Below the pieces are notes generated by a model. The model did not search any database, was not told the DNA's origin, and worked only from the letters and a program-made list of their open reading frames with translations. A stretch of 64,000 nt of DNA from Planctomycetota bacterium. Its GTDB lineage: Bacteria; Planctomycetota; B15-G4; SIAN01. Every line of letters starts with the position of its first letter. The first letter of the stretch is position 1. The stretch is from the NCBI GenBank assembly GCA_016795285.1, contig JAEUIC010000030.1:148435-212434 (forward strand), in the 5' to 3' direction. A program made the position numbers and the translations under genes. This document shows positions 62,261-64,000 of the stretch, piece by piece.

Positions 62261-64000
62261 ATGGTGCATCGCACCGCTCCCATCCTGGCCGCGACGGCCG
62301 CGCTGCTCGGCGCGGCGCTGCTGCCGACGGCGAGTCGCGCGGCCGAGCCGCTGCGCGCGGCGCCGCGATCCGCGCTGCCGCCCGCCGCGGCTTCCTGGCT
62401 CGGCGGCGATCCGCCGGCCAAGCTCTTCGTGAAGGCCGGCCGCATCTGGACCGGCGCGCCGGAGGGCTCGAAGGTCGCGCCCTACCTCTCGCCGGGCGCG
62501 CTGCTGATCGTCGACGGCAAGGTCGCCGAAGTGGCGGCCACGCTCGAGGCGCCGCCCGACGCGGTGGTGCTCGACCTCGGCGACGCCGTCGTGATGCCGG
62601 GGCTGATCGACGCGACGACCACGCTCGGTGGCTCGTCCGACTTCATCGCCAACTCGGTCTGGAAGGACGACGCGGTCGCGGCCCACTTCGATCCGGCCGA
62701 CAGCTTCGACTCCTTCGCCGATTGGCGGCCGACGCTGCTCGGCGGCGTCACCACCGTCTACCTCTCCTGCGGCGAGCGGCGCCTCGTCAGCGGGCAGGGC
62801 GCGGTCGCCAAGCTCGCCTCGCGCGGCGGCGGCCCCGAGTTCCTCGCGCGCCAGTCGGCGCTCGAGATCAACCTCGGCGCGCAGAGCCTGCAGCCGCCGG
62901 CGCGCGTCGACCCGCCGCTGCCGCCCGCCGCCGACCAGCCGATCCTCCCCGCCGAGCGCCAGCTGCCGACCACCCGCGTCGGCCAGCTGCTCGGCGTGCG
63001 CGAGGCGTTCGCGCGGGCGCGCGGCACGCTGGCGAGCGGCGACCTCTCCGGCCAGGCGCTCGCCGCCGCCGTGCAGGCGCGCCGTCCGCTGCGCATCACC
63101 GCCGACGAGGCGGCCGAACTGCTGCGCGCGACGCAGCTCGCGCGCGAACTCGGCCATCCCGCGATCATCGTCGGCGCCGCCGAGGGGGCGCTGGTCGCCG
63201 ACCAACTGGCGGCGGCGCGCTACCCGGTCGTCGTCGAGATCGGCCTCTCGCTCGAGCGTCCGCCGGCCGAGCGCGGCATGCCCGACGTCGACGCGCCGCG
63301 CCTGCGGCCCGAGTCGGCCGCCGAGCTGGTGCGCCGCGGCGTGAAGGTCGCGCTGGCGACGCCGCCCGGCGCCGCGCCGTCCGATCTGCTGCTGGCGGGC
63401 GCCATCGCGCTGCGCGGCGGGCTCACGACGGAGCAGGCGGTCGCGGCGCTGACGCGCGTGCCGGCCGAGCTGCTCGGCGTCGGCCACCGCGTCGGCTGCC
63501 TGATGCCCGGCAAGGACGCCGACTTCGTGGTGCTCTCCGGCGAGCCGTTCCTGCGCAGCAGCTACGTGCAGAAGGTCTTCGTCGAGGGGCGCCTCGCCGC
63601 CGAACCGGCCGCTGCGACGAGCCGCGCGACGGCGGGTCGCGGCGGCGGCACCGTAGTGATCCGCGGCGGCACCGTGCTCACCGGCGTCGGCGAGCCGATC
63701 CGCGGCGGCGGCGTGGCGATCCGTGACGGCCGCATCGTCTCCGTCGGCGCCAACGTCGCGATCCCGCCCGGCGCGCGCATCATCGACGTCGGGCCCGACG
63801 CGGTCATCACGCCCGGCTTCCTCGACGCGAACTCGCACCTCGAGTACGGCGAGGATCGCACCAACCTGAGCCTCGACTTCGACCTGCTGCAGGCGGTCGC
63901 CGGCGCCGACGAGATGGCGCTCGAAGTGGCGCGCCACGGCGTGACGACGGCGCTGGTGCAGACGTGGCAGGCGCACCAGGCCGGCTCGCGCATCGTCGCC
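62261..64000 (+). CDS. Secreted protein with two tandem amidohydrolase-fold domains, paralogue 5 (3'-partial at the window end)
   Basis: AAGGAG RBS 9 nt before ATG 62261. I translated an uninterrupted frame to base 64000; it is not listed in the track because it has no stop. Signal MVHRTAPILAATAALLGAALLPTASRAA. Domain 1: VVMPGLIDATTTLGG ... GCLMPGKDADFVVLSGEPF. Domain 2 starts VVIRGGTVLTG...VITPGFLDANSHLEY. Confidence 0.75.
   Translation, partial: MVHRTAPILAATAALLGAALLPTASRAAEPLRAAPRSALPPAAASWLGGDPPAKLFVKAGRIWTGAPEGSKVAPYLSPGALLIVDGKVAEVAATLEAPPDAVVLDLGDAVVMPGLIDATTTLGGSSDFIANSVWKDDAVAAHFDPADSFDSFADWRPTLLGGVTTVYLSCGERRLVSGQGAVAKLASRGGGPEFLARQSALEINLGAQSLQPPARVDPPLPPAADQPILPAERQLPTTRVGQLLGVREAFARARGTLASGDLSGQALAAAVQARRPLRITADEAAELLRATQLARELGHPAIIVGAAEGALVADQLAAARYPVVVEIGLSLERPPAERGMPDVDAPRLRPESAAELVRRGVKVALATPPGAAPSDLLLAGAIALRGGLTTEQAVAALTRVPAELLGVGHRVGCLMPGKDADFVVLSGEPFLRSSYVQKVFVEGRLAAEPAAATSRATAGRGGGTVVIRGGTVLTGVGEPIRGGGVAIRDGRIVSVGANVAIPPGARIIDVGPDAVITPGFLDANSHLEYGEDRTNLSLDFDLLQAVAGADEMALEVARHGVTTALVQTWQAHQAGSRIVA

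Noticed and set aside
60362-63976. 1204-aa minus-strand ORF
   Set aside because: It is antisense to paralogues 3-5, whose plus-strand frames carry signal peptides, RBSs and family signatures. Its composition is Arg/Ala/Gly-dominated.

Overview
This is a 64-kb segment of a very GC-rich bacterial chromosome (roughly 70% or more by eye; third codon positions are almost always G/C). I support about 50 protein genes. I recognised no rRNA, tRNA, CRISPR array or bounded IS/prophage. The many 500-1800 aa ORFs in the track that lie antisense to or out of frame with recognisable genes are GC artefacts.

Layout, left to right:
1. Membrane proteostasis and ion transport: htpX, a CaCA antiporter, nhaA, ftsH, then a lone Rpn-type nuclease gene.
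2. A secreted-protein neighbourhood: a 1115-aa internally duplicated protein, divergent from a Tat-signal S8 peptidase and a tandem retropepsin-like protease. It continues with an alpha/beta hydrolase, an arginase-fold enzyme, a glycoside-hydrolase-like protein with discoidin domains, and a DUF2459 protein.
3. A 14.4-kb gap-free minus-strand array: argR-argH-DUF2071-hemA-hemC/D(fused)-hemB-hemL-histidine kinase-response regulator-hemE-hemN-hemH-hemY.
4. A plus-strand respiratory block. It encodes a Rieske protein, split cytochrome b, a 1073-aa octahaem cytochrome c and an amicyanin-like lipoprotein, followed by a terminator. Then come coxB-coxA-ctaA-ctaB, a small membrane protein, SCO, DUF420 and dapF.
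5. An HTH/coiled-coil membrane protein plus a lipoprotein, a 1039-aa FG-GAP/ASPIC protein, and five consecutive secreted amidohydrolase-fold paralogues (the last is cut by the window end).

Most interesting observations:
- A small signal-anchored ORF after DUF420 has an in-frame TGA that completes a C-A-M-U motif and is followed by a SECIS-like hairpin. It is a candidate membrane selenoprotein tied to oxidase/copper-centre assembly.
- In the amidohydrolase-fold array, every domain lacks the canonical HxH metal motif.
- The bc-type complex has a giant coiled-coil-anchored octahaem subunit and a cupredoxin.
- A two-component system is embedded in an otherwise complete haem biosynthesis operon.

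All family assignments come from motifs read by eye. No database search was run.
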